Part shown: piece by piece, positions 27,991 to 36,987 of the stretch | Layout: every line of letters starts with the position of its first letter | Numbering within the stretch: the stretch's first letter is position 1 | Source: Candidatus Micrarchaeota archaeon | GTDB taxonomy: Archaea > B1Sed10-29 > JAJRYS01 | NCBI GenBank assembly: GCA_964496415.1 | Contig: CAZBZN010000001.1 | Location: forward strand, 9,819 to 73,818 | Direction: 5' to 3' | Length of the DNA stretch: 64,000 nt | Notes under the pieces: model-generated | What the model saw: only the letters and a program-made list of their open reading frames with translations | The model's database searches: none | Told to the model about the DNA's origin: nothing | Position numbers and translations under genes: made by a program

Positions 27991-28557
27991 TTATAACTGT
28001 TTTTCAAGCTCTTCAGCTTTTTCTTTTAATATTTCTACTGCTTTTTTAAGCAGTTCTTTTGGTTCAAGGTTTCCAAATGATTCTATTTCAAAGTCAAAGT
28101 TGTTTTCATTGGTTTTATGAACATTATATGATGCAATGCATGGTTGGAATTTAGCATGCTGTTTTCCAGTTCCCATTATTGCTGTGGCTTCAAGTCTTAG
28201 GTTTTGTTCTTCTCCTAACTTTATTATTGGTATGTTGTCATACACTGGCTTTACGTTTGATTTTGTTTTTAAGTCTTTTGAATAGACCACTGTTGGCCCT
28301 TTTGCTTCAAGGTGAAATGTGGCTTTTGATTTTGAGGTTGCTGTTTTAGGAGTTACGAGGGGGATTAGCCCAAGTCTATGAGCTATGAACTCGTCAAAAA
28401 GGTTTGAAGTGTTTTCAAAAAAGTCCACTTCATCTATTGCCATTATTGGTACTTCTGACATTAATGCCCTTCTAAGTGCGTTTGCTTTTGGGTACGAAGC
28501 TTCTTTTAAAGTGAATTTCAAGTAATTCCCATCAACTTTTAAGTTCTCTATTTTCAT
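27991..28557 (-). CDS. rpoD: DNA-directed RNA polymerase subunit D (Rpb3-like)
   Basis: 188 aa with an Rpb3/AC40 dimerisation fold. Conserved position after S11. Confidence 0.8.
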   Translation of the reverse strand: MKIENLKVDGNYLKFTLKEASYPKANALRRALMSEVPIMAIDEVDFFENTSNLFDEFIAHRLGLIPLVTPKTATSKSKATFHLEAKGPTVVYSKDLKTKSNVKPVYDNIPIIKLGEEQNLRLEATAIMGTGKQHAKFQPCIASYNVHKTNENNFDFEIESFGNLEPKELLKKAVEILKEKAEELEKQL

Positions 28558-28567
28558 TTTTCATCAC

Positions 28568-28963
28568 TTATACTCTTCTTCCTCTTTTCCCACCTTTTCT
28601 TCTTGTAGTGTCATGAGGAATAGGAGTGACGTCTTCAATTCTTCCTATTCTAAGCCCGCTTCTTGCAAGAGCTCTAATTGCTGCTTGGGCTCCTTGTCCA
28701 GGAATTTTTGACCTATGACCACCAGGAGCTCTTACATGAATGTGAACTCCTACTACTCCTTTGTTTTTAAGTTCTTCAGCTACTCTTTGAGCAGCCATCA
28801 TTGCAGCGTAAGGTGAACCTTCTTTTCTATCAGCGTCAACCACCATTCCTCCAGAGCATTTTGCCAGAGTTTCTGCTCCTGTCAAATCAGTAACAGTAAT
28901 TATAGTGTTATTCTTTGAAGCATAAATGTGTGCTATTCCCCACAGTTCTTCTTTCATTTTCAT
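28568..28963 (-). CDS. rps11: 30S ribosomal protein S11 (uS11)
   Basis: [19 protein letters not shown]...HVRAPGG. Confidence 0.9.
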   Translation of the reverse strand: MKMKEELWGIAHIYASKNNTIITVTDLTGAETLAKCSGGMVVDADRKEGSPYAAMMAAQRVAEELKNKGVVGVHIHVRAPGGHRSKIPGQGAQAAIRALARSGLRIGRIEDVTPIPHDTTRRKGGKRGRRV

Positions 28964-29601
28964 TCACCTAAATTTTCAGCTGCTTCTTTCAGTTCTTCTT
29001 CCTCTTTTTCAGCGAGTTCCTGTTCTTTTTCCATGATTTCTTTTTCTTCTTCTTTTTCCACTTCTTTTGCAATTACTTCTAATCCTGTTTCCTGCTTTGG
29101 TTCTTCAATTGCTATTTTTAAAGGTTCCTTATACCAGCCAACAGTTTTTTCAGTTTCAAGGTCAATGATCATTGAAGGAGCAGTAGTCTTTATCCCATTG
29201 ACAGCAATATGCCCGTGAGTTATAAATTGTCTTGCTTGTTTTATTGTTCTCGCAAGACCCTTTTTCCATACGATTGTTTGAAGCCTTCTTTTTAACAAGT
29301 CTTCTGTTTTTAATGATAAAACATCATCAAGGCTGCTGTTTTCAGGAAGAATTCCATATCTTTCAAGTTTATTAAGTAAAGCTTTTTCTTTTTCTTCTCT
29401 TTCTTCAGGAGCAAGCCCAACCAGTTCTCTAGCCATGTGCCTGTACTTTCTTATTTGAGTTTTAGCTCTCCAGATTTCTTTTTTGTTTTTTAACCCATAC
29501 TCTTTCATTAGTTTCTTTTCTTCTAAGATTCTTTCTTTCTCCCAAGGATGTGATGGAGGTTCATATTTTTTCTTTAGTCTTCTCGGATCTCCCATTTTCA
29601 A
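28960..29601 (-). CDS. rps4: 30S ribosomal protein S4 (uS4) with acidic C-terminal extension
   Basis: The uS4 core followed by about 55 aa of E/K-rich tail. Confidence 0.9.
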   Translation of the reverse strand: MKMGDPRRLKKKYEPPSHPWEKERILEEKKLMKEYGLKNKKEIWRAKTQIRKYRHMARELVGLAPEEREEKEKALLNKLERYGILPENSSLDDVLSLKTEDLLKRRLQTIVWKKGLARTIKQARQFITHGHIAVNGIKTTAPSMIIDLETEKTVGWYKEPLKIAIEEPKQETGLEVIAKEVEKEEEKEIMEKEQELAEKEEEELKEAAENLGE

Positions 29602-29605
29602 TCAC

Positions 29606-30091
29606 TTATTTTTTCTTTTTAGCAGGCTGCTGTTTTTTCCTTTGCACTCCTACGGTTACTCCTGTTCTTCCCATTGTTCTTGTTCTCTGCCCTCTTACTG
29701 GCAGTCCAAACATGTGTCTTACTCCTCTGTATGAACGCATGTTCATTTCTCTTTTCTTGTCATTTTGAATGGCAAATTCAAGATCTGAACCAACTAAATG
29801 AATATCTCTTCCACTTTCAAAGTCCTTTCTTCTATTAAGCATCCATGTTGGAATGCCAAATTCTCCAGGAGAAGCTATTATCTTTTCTAATTTTTCTAAT
29901 TGTTCATCAGAAAGATAACCTATTTTTGTGGACTTTTTAACTCCTTCTGTTTTTTCAAATTCCCCAGCTATTGCTTCCGCTAACCTTTGTCCTATTCCTT
30001 TAACCATTCTTAAGGCTTTTATCATGTCGTAGTTTCCATCAACTTCGTAGCCTGAAAGCCTTAATCTTCCCTTGAATTCTGCTTCAGTCAT
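29606..30091 (-). CDS. rps13: 30S ribosomal protein S13 (uS13)
   Basis: VKGIGQRLAEAI...MRSYRGVRHMFGLPVRGQRTRT. Confidence 0.9.
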   Translation of the reverse strand: MTEAEFKGRLRLSGYEVDGNYDMIKALRMVKGIGQRLAEAIAGEFEKTEGVKKSTKIGYLSDEQLEKLEKIIASPGEFGIPTWMLNRRKDFESGRDIHLVGSDLEFAIQNDKKREMNMRSYRGVRHMFGLPVRGQRTRTMGRTGVTVGVQRKKQQPAKKKK

Positions 30092-30226
30092 TCATTCACC
30101 AGAATTTTTTATTTCCCTGTAGGTCACAGCCTTAGCGGCTCGCCAGGATTTGGTTTTTTATAACAAGTGTTATGATTTGTGAACTCTTTTGTTTATAAAC
30201 CTTATGGAAACAGCCGCACCACTGGG

Positions 30227-30275
30227 TTGAGGTCCGTAGGACCGAAGTCCTGTAAATGCAGGCTTTTTGAAGCCT
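30227..30275. repeat. E element (inverted copy), a hairpin-rich module in the S13 leader
   Basis: Reverse complement of 63638-63689, with a compensatory change gcaggctt/aagcctgc versus gcaagctt/aagcttgc. Confidence 0.5.
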
Positions 30276-30276
30276 T

Positions 30277-30315
30277 AGGGGATTGAGAACCACGTTAGTG
30301 GTTCGAACATCCCCT
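30277..30315. repeat. HP element copy C
   Basis: aggggattgagaaccacgttagtggttcgaacatcccct, 3' of the tRNA at 30340-30507. Confidence 0.6.
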
Positions 30316-30339
30316 GTCCGTAAACCGCACGCGGTTTAA

Positions 30340-30507
30340 CGCGGCGGGGGAGATTCGAACTCCCGTGCCCCGAAGGGCACCAGCTCTCCAGGCTCACCTC
30401 ACTTTGTTTAAGTTCACTTTTTAAGCAAAGTGAACTGGCGCAATACCATTGCACCCACAAGGGTGCAAACCAAATGGCTTGCCATTTGTGGTCTATGCGA
30501 CCGCCGC
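30340..30507 (-). tRNA. intron-containing pre-tRNA, most likely tRNA-Ser(GGA) with two introns (D-loop and anticodon stem)
   Basis: 168 nt, GC-rich. Acceptor GCGGCGG/CCGCCGC with G73. T-arm GGGAG-TTCGAAT-CTCCC. A class II variable arm TGCCC-TTCG-GGGCA. Joining ...GCGCCAG to CCTGGAGAGCTGG gives the stem CCAGC/GCTGG around the loop CTGGAGA. A D-stem GCA/TGC is separated by about 50 nt of hairpins. Confidence 0.45.
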
Positions 30508-30513
30508 ATGTTT

Positions 30514-31347
30514 TTATTTGATAACTTTTTCTGTTTTTATCATTTTTCCTTTTTTCGAATTTATTATTGTTTTTTTATCATAGAGAGCTGTTCCTATGGC
30601 TATAAGTTCTTGCTTTTCATTGATTATGGCTATTGGTGATCCTTTTACTATGTGTCCTTTTAGTTCTATTATTCCTGATCTGAATACTGGCGCTCCTTTT
30701 AGTATGTTTTTTTCAGCAGTTTCTTTTACTATTGCTTTTGGCATTAGTTTTACAGCGTACTCTAAGGGTTTTATTACTTCTTTTAGTAGCTTTGGATTTT
30801 CTTTTTCTAATGCTACCGCGTCTTTTAGTTTTGTTATGGTAATACATTCTTCTTCAGTGAATGGTCCTGAGCGGGTTCTTCTTAGTTGCAGCATTGTTGT
30901 TTTTGTTCCTAAGACTTTTCCAAAGTCTTCAACTAATTTCCTTATGTATGTTCCATGCTGGCAGCTTACTCTGAAAAGATAGTAGTTTTTTTTCTTTTGA
31001 ATTAGTTCAAGCTCGTATATTCGTCTTATCCTTATTTTTTTCGAAACAGCTGAAAGTTCAGGTGGTTTTTGGTAGATTTTTCCAGTGAATTCTTTAAAAA
31101 GAGTGTTTATTTTTTCTTCAGGAATTTCTTCTTCTATTTTCATTAGGCAGACGTACTCTTTGTCATGTTTTTGCAGGTATTCTATTAGTTTTCTGCCTTT
31201 TCCTACTAGTATTGGCAGGACTCCTGTTACTTCAGGGTCAAGAGTGCCGCAGTGCCCTGCTTTTTCATTAAGGATTTCAGATACCCATTGAGTGACTTGG
31301 GCACTTGTAGGCCCTCTTGGTTTGTCAATTAAAATCAGAGCATTCAT
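30514..31347 (-). CDS. cbf5: tRNA pseudouridine synthase Cbf5/TruB with PUA domain
   Basis: LILIDKPRGPTSAQV...GTLDPEVTGVLPI catalytic motif. C-terminal PUA domain. Confidence 0.85.
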   Translation of the reverse strand: MNALILIDKPRGPTSAQVTQWVSEILNEKAGHCGTLDPEVTGVLPILVGKGRKLIEYLQKHDKEYVCLMKIEEEIPEEKINTLFKEFTGKIYQKPPELSAVSKKIRIRRIYELELIQKKKNYYLFRVSCQHGTYIRKLVEDFGKVLGTKTTMLQLRRTRSGPFTEEECITITKLKDAVALEKENPKLLKEVIKPLEYAVKLMPKAIVKETAEKNILKGAPVFRSGIIELKGHIVKGSPIAIINEKQELIAIGTALYDKKTIINSKKGKMIKTEKVIK

Positions 31348-31577
31348 TTTTTCTCCTTTTTCTCTTCTTTACTTTTTTTGGTTTTTTCTCTTGGTTTTGG
31401 TATTTCTTTCGCTTTTGAACTTAAGAGTTCTATGTGTTTTATGTTTATTCTTCTTTCTTTTACTTTTTCACCTACTATTTTTACAAAGTTTTCATCAATA
31501 ACGTCAACTATTACTGCTTTTTTTCCAGCATCTGATCCTTTAACTATCACGCATTCTCTTCCTTTTTCAAGCAGCAT
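31344..31577 (-). CDS. rpl14e: 50S ribosomal protein L14e
   Basis: 77 aa. GRECVIVKGSDAGKKAVIVDVID. KOW-like. Confidence 0.8.
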   Translation of the reverse strand: MLLEKGRECVIVKGSDAGKKAVIVDVIDENFVKIVGEKVKERRINIKHIELLSSKAKEIPKPREKTKKSKEEKKEKK

Positions 31578-32106
31578 TATTTACCACCTCTTTTATTACT
31601 TTTGTTATTTCTTCAGGAGTTAGTTTTGTTGTATCTATGATCATGTCATACAATTCTTTGTCTTTCACATAATCAATTCCGTACAATTCTTTAAATTCTT
31701 TTCTTTCTATTTCTTCTCTTTCTTTTATTCTTTTTAATGCTTCTTCAACATTTATTTTTTCTCTTTTAGCCACTCTTTTTGCTCTTTCTTTTAGTTCAGC
31801 AGTAAGAAGAATCTTTAAGTCAGCGTTTTTTATTTGAAAAGCACTTAGCTTTCCGTTTATTATGACGTTTCCCTTTTCTGCTTCTTTTTTCTGCAGTTCA
31901 TCTAATTTTTGATGGAATTCTTTTAGTTTTTGTTTATCTTGTCTTATTCTCTTCCAGTGTTCTTCAACTGTTAAGCCTTTTTCTTTAGCAATTTTTTTAT
32001 GTAATTCACCAACTGTCACTAATTTTAAACCAAGTTCTTTTGCAAGCATTTTTGAAATAGTGGTGCTTCCAGCTCCAGGTTCTCCGCTTATGGTAATGAT
32101 CATCAT
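31567..32106 (-). CDS. cmk: cytidylate kinase (archaeal type)
   Basis: IITISGEPGAGSTTISKMLAKELG P-loop. About 180 aa. Confidence 0.85.
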   Translation of the reverse strand: MMIITISGEPGAGSTTISKMLAKELGLKLVTVGELHKKIAKEKGLTVEEHWKRIRQDKQKLKEFHQKLDELQKKEAEKGNVIINGKLSAFQIKNADLKILLTAELKERAKRVAKREKINVEEALKRIKEREEIERKEFKELYGIDYVKDKELYDMIIDTTKLTPEEITKVIKEVVNNAA

Positions 32107-32111
32107 GAGTT

Positions 32112-32423
32112 TTATTTTTCAACAAACTTTCTATACTTTGGTTCAACTTCTTCTATTTTCATTTCTCCTGCTTTTATTCTTGCTTTTAATCTTATCACTC
32201 TTTCAGCACAAGAATGGCATAGATTTCCAGAGTATTTTCTTCCCGGCTTTTTCTGAGTTTTTGACAGCTTTTTATCAGTGCTTACTCCGGTTAGTTTTTT
32301 CCCACAGATTTCACAGGAAGCATGAGTACTTTTTCTTCTTTTGTAGAAAGTTTTAACTTCTCCTTTAGGTGTTCTTTTCTTTATTCTTCTAAGACTTCTG
32401 CTTCTTTTTCTTGGTTCAACCAT
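32112..32423 (-). CDS. rpl34e: 50S ribosomal protein L34e
   Basis: CEICGKK...CHSCAE zinc motif within a basic protein. Confidence 0.85.
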   Translation of the reverse strand: MVEPRKRSRSLRRIKKRTPKGEVKTFYKRRKSTHASCEICGKKLTGVSTDKKLSKTQKKPGRKYSGNLCHSCAERVIRLKARIKAGEMKIEEVEPKYRKFVEK

Positions 32424-32862
32424 TATTCTTCCCCCTATCTTTTGCCTTGTAAGCTATTTCAAGTATTATCGTTGTTATTAACGAAGATAGAATGTATAAT
32501 CCAAGCCACCCGAACTTACTGTGGAAAGGTAATGGGATTTCAGCTATTACTCCAAGGCTTCCATATCTCATGCTCATGAACCCAATTATTATCAAAATTG
32601 GGATGGTGGTATACATTAATGGTTTCATGCTCATATTTGTTTGCTCTTTCATTAAATCCAATAGTTCTTTATTTATCTCCTGTAATCTTTTATTTCCTGG
32701 GTCGCCTTGCATTTTCTTTAATTCTTTTTGAAGCTCTTTTTGTCTCTTTCTTATTTCTTTTAATTTTTTCTGGTCAACGAGTCTTTTATTTGCAGCAAAA
32801 TTTATGAGTGAAATCAACACTCCTAAGGTTATTATTTCAATTCCAGCTTGAGTTATCATCAT
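32416..32862 (-). CDS. DUF106 (EMC3/YidC-like) membrane insertase homolog
   Basis: 148 aa with 3 TM helices and a K/E coiled-coil loop. The position after secY is the conserved one for the archaeal DUF106 gene. Confidence 0.65.
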   Translation of the reverse strand: MMITQAGIEIITLGVLISLINFAANKRLVDQKKLKEIRKRQKELQKELKKMQGDPGNKRLQEINKELLDLMKEQTNMSMKPLMYTTIPILIIIGFMSMRYGSLGVIAEIPLPFHSKFGWLGLYILSSLITTIILEIAYKAKDRGKNNG

Positions 32863-32863
32863 T

Positions 32864-34225
32864 TTATCCCCCTATTAATCCTTTAAGCATTGGCATTAAT
32901 TCTGCGGCTTGTTGTGCTGCTAATTCTTCATACATCCTGTATAGTATTCCTACTGTTAATAATATTCCAGTACCTGTTCCTAATGCTCCTGTTAGGTCTG
33001 CTATTACAGCAATTATTCCTACTGTAGCAGAACCAAGAACAGTTATTGCTGGGATGTATCTTTCTAATACTCTTTCTATTATTCTTGGGTCTCTTCTGAA
33101 TCCAGGCACATGCAGGCCTACTTGTTGGAGTTGTTTTGCTACGCTTTTTGAGTCCATACCACTTAGTTCTACCCAGAACTTCCCGAAGAGTATGCAGAAA
33201 ATTATCATTGCAAGAGTATAAATTAGTATGTGAAGTACCATTCCAGGGCTTGTTAGTGTGTTAATCATTTGAGTAGGAGTTGATAATGCTCCATAGGGTG
33301 CTTTTAGATAGTAAGCTATTCCACTTACTGGCTGGTTTTCTACGAAGTTTCCAAGTAGTGGTAGTCCTATTTTCTGTAAGGCAACACCCCATAATTGGAC
33401 ATTGGCAAATAATGCTGCTGTGAATATTACTGGGATGTTTGAAACGTATAAGAATTTCAAAGGCCATCTTGCTCCGAAGCCTTTTATTCTTCCAAATGTT
33501 AATGGGATTTCTATTTTCATTGATTCAGCATATACGACAAATAAGAATACTAAGATTGTGAAAATTAGTGGGAATAATGCTGTTTCAGGGATTTGTCCAT
33601 TAATTAATCCTTGAAGTAATTGTGGGACTAGCCCAACATAGGTTCCTGAGGTTGGAACCCATGATAATGCTCTCCATATTATTGTAAATGATACCCCTGC
33701 TGCTATGAATAATCCTACTCCAGAACCTATTCCGTATTTTGAAACTACTTCATCTAAGTACATTATCATTAAAGCTGCGAAAGCTAATTGCAGCATTACT
33801 AAGACTTTATTAAAACCAACTGCTGGAACGAAGCCGCTTATTACGTAGACCCCTGCTTCAAAAAAACAGAAGAATATGGCCATGAGTTTTTGAAGTGATT
33901 GATAATATGCTTTTTGTTTTGGGTCATGAACGTCTATTTTTATTATCCCTGCACCCATTAGTAATTGTAATACTATTGAACCCATTACTATTGGTCCTAT
34001 TCCAAGTGTTGCAAGAGTTCCTATTTTTGATGCTGTTACAAGTTGAAGATTTTTAAGAAAATCTGATTGCCTTGTGGCAGTCATTCCAACAGGTGTTATT
34101 ACTCCAAGAATGGCAAAAATAAGTAATGCTATTGCAGTCCATTCTAATCTTCTTTTAAGGCCTGGTTTTCTTTCAGGAGTTTTTACTTCTGGAATGAATT
34201 TCATCAAGGAATTAACAATACTCAA
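32864..34225 (-). CDS. secY: preprotein translocase SecY
   Basis: 453 aa, 10 TM, standard SecY topology. It follows L15. Confidence 0.9.
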   Translation of the reverse strand: MSIVNSLMKFIPEVKTPERKPGLKRRLEWTAIALLIFAILGVITPVGMTATRQSDFLKNLQLVTASKIGTLATLGIGPIVMGSIVLQLLMGAGIIKIDVHDPKQKAYYQSLQKLMAIFFCFFEAGVYVISGFVPAVGFNKVLVMLQLAFAALMIMYLDEVVSKYGIGSGVGLFIAAGVSFTIIWRALSWVPTSGTYVGLVPQLLQGLINGQIPETALFPLIFTILVFLFVVYAESMKIEIPLTFGRIKGFGARWPLKFLYVSNIPVIFTAALFANVQLWGVALQKIGLPLLGNFVENQPVSGIAYYLKAPYGALSTPTQMINTLTSPGMVLHILIYTLAMIIFCILFGKFWVELSGMDSKSVAKQLQQVGLHVPGFRRDPRIIERVLERYIPAITVLGSATVGIIAVIADLTGALGTGTGILLTVGILYRMYEELAAQQAAELMPMLKGLIGG

Positions 34226-34629
34226 CTTTCTTCACCTATGAGAAAGGCTTTGCCTCCTGCTTTTTCTATTTTTTCTTTAGCTTTTTCAGTAAAGTAATGT
34301 GCTTTTATTGCTAAGGGTTTTGAAATTGTTCCTGCGCCAAGAACTTTCTCATAACCATGTTTTGTGACATCAACTTCTAATGACCCTTCTTTGACTAGTT
34401 TTTCCAATTCTTTTAAGTTTATTGCTTTTGGTTTTTTCTTCAAGCTGTGAAATCCTTTTTTGTATAATCTTTCTGGCTCGTATTTTATTATATGGAGTTT
34501 GTTTCTTTGCCCTCTTTTCACAGAGCCTCTTCCCATTCTGCTTCCTTTTCCTCTTTTGTTTTTAGTATTTCCTTTACCGCAAGTTCTTGTTCCACGTTTT
34601 TTTGTTATCTTTCTTTTATGCCTTATCAT
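34222..34629 (-). CDS. rpl15: 50S ribosomal protein L15 (uL15)
   Basis: RTCGKGNTKNKRGKGSRMGRG. Confidence 0.9.
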   Translation of the reverse strand: MIRHKRKITKKRGTRTCGKGNTKNKRGKGSRMGRGSVKRGQRNKLHIIKYEPERLYKKGFHSLKKKPKAINLKELEKLVKEGSLEVDVTKHGYEKVLGAGTISKPLAIKAHYFTEKAKEKIEKAGGKAFLIGEES

Positions 34630-34650
34630 TCTTACACGCCTCTTGCATTT

Positions 34651-35109
34651 TCATATCATTCTTTCTAATAATTCGTTTATTTTTTCACCTCTGTACCCGA
34701 GGTCTCCTTTCATTGTAAACGGTCTTTTTATTGACTTGTATCCTTTTCTTGGTGGGTGAAGCCTGAAAGGTTGTTTTATTCCGACATCCTTGAATTTTAC
34801 TTTTAATGAGTACAAGTCATCTACTGTTATTCCTTTTTCTTTTAAGTATTCTGGAGTTACTTTTTTATCTCCTTCTATTCTTCCCCATTTGAACAGAAGT
34901 TTTTCAAACACATCTTTGCTTATTTCTCCAAAAGTAGCATAGTCTTTTATTTTTTGAAGCATTCCCTTGTAATATTTATTATAAGGAACTATCACACAGT
35001 TGTTTACTTTTTTAAGTTTAAGCAGTTGCATTGTTCTTTCTATTGGCTCTCTTACACCTACATTTCCTCTTATTCTTATTACTGCCATTGGTTTTACTTC
35101 CTCATTCAT
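34651..35109 (-). CDS. rpl30: 50S ribosomal protein L30 (uL30)
   Basis: MAVIRIRGNVGVREPIERT. Confidence 0.9.
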   Translation of the reverse strand: MNEEVKPMAVIRIRGNVGVREPIERTMQLLKLKKVNNCVIVPYNKYYKGMLQKIKDYATFGEISKDVFEKLLFKWGRIEGDKKVTPEYLKEKGITVDDLYSLKVKFKDVGIKQPFRLHPPRKGYKSIKRPFTMKGDLGYRGEKINELLERMI

Positions 35110-35714
35110 TCATATCCCTTCATTTTTCTTGTATTTTTTAATGCTTCATAGGTTGCTTTTGCAAAGTTGAAGACAGTGCTTGTTTTTCCATAGCTTTTTG
35201 ACCAAACATCTTTGATTCCTGCTAATTTAAGTACTTTTGCAGCAGTGCTTCCTGCAACTATTCCAGTTCCTTTTGGTGCTGGCATTAATTCAATTGTTAC
35301 TGAGGAGCATGAGCCTTTTACCTTGAATGGGATTGAATGGTTTTCGTTACATCCGCATTGCCAGCTTCCACATCCTCTTCTAATACTTATCATGTTCTTT
35401 TTTGCTTCTCTTACTGCCTTTTCTATTGTTGGTCTTACTTCTTGGCCTTTTGCAGTTCCTATGCCTATGCATCCGTCTTGGTTTCCTACTGCTACCGTTA
35501 TCATGAAAGAACCTTTTCTTCCTGAGTCTGTTGTTCTTTGAACCATTTTTATTTGGAGCACTTCTTCTTTCAGGTTTGGTACTAAGTAATCTATTATTTC
35601 AGGTTCTAGAATTGGCAGATTTCTTTCATAAACCTGCTCAAGGCTTGTTATTTCTCCGCTTTTTACAAGTTTTCCAAGCTTTGTTTTTGGAATCCATTCT
35701 TTTTCTTCTTCCAT
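35106..35714 (-). CDS. rps5: 30S ribosomal protein S5 (uS5)
   Basis: RGCGSWQCGCNE...GTGIVAG. Confidence 0.9.
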   Translation of the reverse strand: MEEEKEWIPKTKLGKLVKSGEITSLEQVYERNLPILEPEIIDYLVPNLKEEVLQIKMVQRTTDSGRKGSFMITVAVGNQDGCIGIGTAKGQEVRPTIEKAVREAKKNMISIRRGCGSWQCGCNENHSIPFKVKGSCSSVTIELMPAPKGTGIVAGSTAAKVLKLAGIKDVWSKSYGKTSTVFNFAKATYEALKNTRKMKGYE

Positions 35715-36202
35715 TATTTCACCTTTTGTATTTCTTCAATTATTTTTTCTATTTCCCTTTTCTTTATTTTTTCATCATTTGGGAATACTTTTTCATCATG
35801 AGGGATAAGCATGCCTGCTTCAACAGCTCCTCTTAATGCAGCAAATACATTGGATCCTTTTACAGGAGTCCTTAGTCCGATGTCTAATACTGCTTCTTTT
35901 ATTTGTTTTGCCAGGGCTTTTTTGCCACAGAGCATTCCTGTGAGATATGCTGCTGAAGCATTTCCTTTGTGTCCTGAGTACCCGTACTTTTTCAGTTCAT
36001 GAGAAGTTGTATTCACTATTGTTTCATCTCCTTTTGGGTTATATTTTATTATTTGAGCGACTATTTGATTGTTTCCGATTCTTACAACTAATCTTGGCTT
36101 TTTTGATTTAAGCAAAGCAAGTCTTTTTTCTTTGTTTGTTTTTCCTTCCCTTCTTCTTCTTTCTTTTACTTTGTAAGTTGTTTTATGTGCCATTTTCTTC
36201 AC
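35714..36202 (-). CDS. rpl18: 50S ribosomal protein L18 (uL18)
   Basis: AHKTTYKVKERRRREGKTN...RLVVRIGNNQIVAQ. Confidence 0.9.
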   Translation of the reverse strand: MKKMAHKTTYKVKERRRREGKTNKEKRLALLKSKKPRLVVRIGNNQIVAQIIKYNPKGDETIVNTTSHELKKYGYSGHKGNASAAYLTGMLCGKKALAKQIKEAVLDIGLRTPVKGSNVFAALRGAVEAGMLIPHDEKVFPNDEKIKKREIEKIIEEIQKVK

Positions 36203-36636
36203 GCCTTTTCTTCTTTCAATAATTTTCTTTCAGTAACATAAAGTTTTAAGTGTGATTTGCTTCTAAAGTACCCTCCTTTTATCATCTTATAAAGTCTTTT
36301 ATAGTCAGCTGGCTCAAGTTTTGGTTTTAGCTCTCTTAATTGTTTTCTTAAAGCTCTTACTTTTTTCATCCATTCTTCTTTAGTTCCTTTCTTTGTTTTT
36401 TTCCTGCTTCCAGGACCTCTTCTTCTTCCTTTCTTTTTCTGTTCTTCTATTTTTCTTGCTCTTGCTCTGCTTGTTCCTTTTTCTGGTTTTTTACTTATGG
36501 CTCCTTTTTCAACGAGCTTTCTTACGTCTTCTCTTGTCATTGCTTGCGCTGCTTCTTCTGGTTTTTTTACCACTACTCTTGAAATTCCTACCTTTAGTAC
36601 CTTTGAGGCTATTCTTTTTACTTGGTTAAGCTCCAT
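36199..36636 (-). CDS. rpl19e: 50S ribosomal protein L19e
   Basis: MELNQVKRIASKVLKVGISRV. Confidence 0.9.
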   Translation of the reverse strand: MELNQVKRIASKVLKVGISRVVVKKPEEAAQAMTREDVRKLVEKGAISKKPEKGTSRARARKIEEQKKKGRRRGPGSRKKTKKGTKEEWMKKVRALRKQLRELKPKLEPADYKRLYKMIKGGYFRSKSHLKLYVTERKLLKEEKA

Positions 36637-36983
36637 TTCACTCCCTTATTTAGAATTTTTATTCCAAGTTCTTCAGCTTTTTTTATTATCTCAATTCTTT
36701 TTTTCTTTCCAACTGTCGCTCTTATTCTAGCAGCATGAGTTTTAGGATTTATTTTTTCAAGGTCATTAACATTACTTACTAATACTTCATAATAGCCTGA
36801 AGGGTGTTTTCCTCTTACTTCTTTTGGTTGTCTGAAGCCAACAGTTGGCCTTTTACCATAAGATTTTTCTTTTTCTCTTTGATGAGAATATCTTCCTCTT
36901 GGCTTTCTCCAACTATCACTTACTCTTTTCTTTCTATGTGAATTTTGCCTGTGGAACTTTGGCTTTTTTCTTTTTTTCAGCAT
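36618..36983 (-). CDS. rpl32e: 50S ribosomal protein L32e
   Basis: KPKFHRQNSHRKKRV...SWRKPRG. Confidence 0.9.
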   Translation of the reverse strand: MLKKRKKPKFHRQNSHRKKRVSDSWRKPRGRYSHQREKEKSYGKRPTVGFRQPKEVRGKHPSGYYEVLVSNVNDLEKINPKTHAARIRATVGKKKRIEIIKKAEELGIKILNKGVKWSLTK

Positions 36984-36987
36984 TTCT

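Noticed and set aside
30340-30507. 168-nt RNA as SRP RNA or RNase P RNA
   Set aside because: It lacks the SRP domain IV (GGAAGCAG-type) motifs and the RNase P CR-I/CR-V motifs. Termini form a tRNA acceptor plus T-arm instead.
30275-30639. ORFs 30275-30460 (-) and 30430-30639 (+)
   Set aside because: They lie across the GC-rich intron-containing tRNA and HP element. Their translations show no protein-like features.
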